Position numbers and translations under genes: made by a program
Part shown: positions 60,958 to 64,000 of the stretch, one piece after another
Numbering within the stretch: position 1 is the first letter of the stretch
How the letters are laid out: each line of letters starts with the position of its first letter
Notes under the pieces: generated by a model
What the model saw: only the letters and a program-made list of their open reading frames with translations
What the model was told of the DNA's origin: nothing
Database searches by the model: none
Assembly: GCF_009914755.1 (NCBI RefSeq)
Contig: NC_060937.1
Reading direction: 5' to 3' (one strand)
From: the human T2T-CHM13v2.0 reference genome, Homo sapiens
Length of the DNA: 64,000 nt

Positions 60958-61083
60958 CTTAAAACAAGTTCTTTGAAAACATACTTGCTATGTGATAGTT
61001 ATGAGCTTTTTAAAAAAATTCTTCTAATGTCATTAAATTCTGGCAATCAGATTTTCAGAATATGTTAAAATGCTGGTTAAGTG

Positions 61084-61461
<378 letters not shown>

Positions 61462-61773
61462 TCATCATGGAATTAAACACACATGAAGAAATCTGTTGAA
61501 ACCCCTCAAACTTGCAATGCTATACCTGAATCAGTGTTCTTTCAGAGACTTTTCAAATTATACAAATATTTCAAAATGCTGAGTTACTCTACTATAGCTA
61601 ATAAAACTACTTAAACTAAGTGGAAAACCTTGAGAACTAAAGGGGAAGGGGATATTATTTATTCTCATTACTCTTAAATCAACCAACTTCCAAATCCAGA
61701 ACATAAAAGTTTTATGATTATTTGTTCTTTCCCTGTTTACAAACCTAGTTCTGATTTCATTATTAAAAATACA

Positions 61774-62244
<471 letters not shown>

Positions 62245-62361
62245 TTATATGTATTACATATATTATATTATAAATATTATATATATTATGTATAATTTTT
62301 ATGTATGAGATTATGTATATATGTATATGTATATGAGATGTATATATAATATATACATCTC

Positions 62362-62655
62362 AGCCGGGCCCAGTGACTCACACCTATAATCCCAGCATTT
62401 TGGGAGGTTGAGGTGGGTGGATCACTTGAACCCAGGAGCTCGAGATCAGCCTGGGCAACATCGAGAGATGCCGTCTCTACAAAAAATAAAAGATAAAAAA
62501 ATTAGCTGGTGGTGATGGCACATCCCCACGGCCCCAGCTACCTGGGAGGGTGAGGTGGAAGGATCAATGGGGTCGGAAGGTCGAAGCTGCAGTGAGCCAA
62601 GATCTCACTCCTGCACTTCAGCCTGGATGACAGAGCAAGACAAAGTCTCAAAAAA
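62362..62655 (+). mobile_element. Alu (AluJ-like) flanked by TA/TG-rich simple repeats
   Basis: Dimer; simple repeats at 62245-62360 and 62656-62738. Confidence 0.92.
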
Positions 62656-63764
62656 TATATATATATATATGGTGTGTGTATATATGTAAATGTGTGTATA
62701 TGTATATATATATGTGTATGTGTGTGCATACACACACAATTCTCTATAACTAGTGCTATCATACTTAATGCTTTAATAAGGTTAAATACATAATAAATAC
62801 AATCGTTCATTTTGTCTTTAACAGTACAATCCAACTCAAGTCATCCTTCCAAACCAGGTACAAAAATATCATAGGATATTTTTGTATCAAATATAAACTT
62901 TTTGTATCAAACAAAAATTTTTATCCTTAGGGTATTTTGGGGTTCTGGCCGTTTGTTGTGCCAGATATAATACCACTTGATAAGACTTTCAGCTTCATCC
63001 CATCCCATCCTGCAACAATGTTTTCAGTAGGGCGGGATCCGTGGCTCCCAATCAAGTCCTGACAATCTGATCTCATGGCAGGGCCCACACAAGAAAAAAA
63101 AAAAGAGCATTTTATTTCGTGCAACTTTTATGGCCCTGAGAATCTCCGACACCCCACCCCCTCAACACACAATCAATCAATTGATCTCCCTCTCCCTCCC
63201 TCTCTCCCACCTCCACACCATCTATGAGAAAGAGGAGGGGGAAGAAGGTGGAAGAAAAGGCACGAGTAGAGAAAGTAGATCCGATGTAAAGCAGGCACCT
63301 AAAAAAGGTGAGATGTATTTCTCCAAAGCCCAGATCAGGGACGCTGCTACAGACAGCCAGTGGAGAATGCCTCTAACATTAACGCTTTAGTAACCACTTA
63401 CAAGAACTTCCCCTGTCTACTGCTTAATTTCAAATAACCCAACAAGTCCATTTAATTACTTTGTATTATTTAAAGACATCTAGGATTTCTTTAAATAATA
63501 AAAGGGAAACAAACGCGTTTTAACATCATTTTGCATCACAATGTTAAAAACTTGGGTTAACTCCCTCAGTAAATCTCTAAATCCTTTCCAATCTACTATC
63601 TCTGGCCAGGAAGTCAAAACTTAAATATTAACCAACTAAAATGATCTTCATACTCTGGTCAATTTTGCAGAGCAAAAAATTTAAATAAATAAATAGATCT
63701 TCAATGTGTATCAAGGATGTCCTACTTGGGCCTCACTCTCCCAAACAGAGCTTATTTTCTTCTG

Positions 63765-63966
<202 letters not shown>

Positions 63967-64000
63967 TTAAATGTTGTAACCAATTTTTCTTCCTCATATT

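Noticed and set aside
62927-63124. 65-aa minus-strand ORF as a coding exon
   Set aside because: No recognisable homology or clear donor/acceptor pair; kept only as a regulatory candidate.

Overview
Primate (human-like) genomic DNA, AT-rich and repeat-dense, with about 50 Alu copies or fragments plus L1, L2, MIR, MaLR LTRs and DNA transposons. The only protein-coding-type sequence is three minus-strand exons with canonical splice sites (163, 172 and 115 nt) homologous to KMT2C/MLL3 exons 7-9 (PHD fingers). They carry paralog-type substitutions (L291F, T316S, P420R, V421I in KMT2C numbering, compared with the reference as I recall it). No KMT2C exon 4-6 sequence is visible in the ~50 kb upstream. 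The window is therefore best read as a partial segmental duplicate of KMT2C, of the juxtacentromeric KMT2C-pseudogene/BAGE family, and not the parent gene. Exons 7-8 also keep the second reading frame that matches the BAGE2/3 C-terminus. An exonisable antisense Alu and intronic poly(A) signals flank exon 7, but no BAGE first exons or CpG island are in the window. Other notable elements are a ~570-bp (CCA)n tract, an hY1 retrocopy with a templated insertion, a MADE1 hairpin, an AT/GA palindrome, a micro-inversion and closely spaced inverted Alus. Repeat family names and boundaries were assigned by eye and are approximate.
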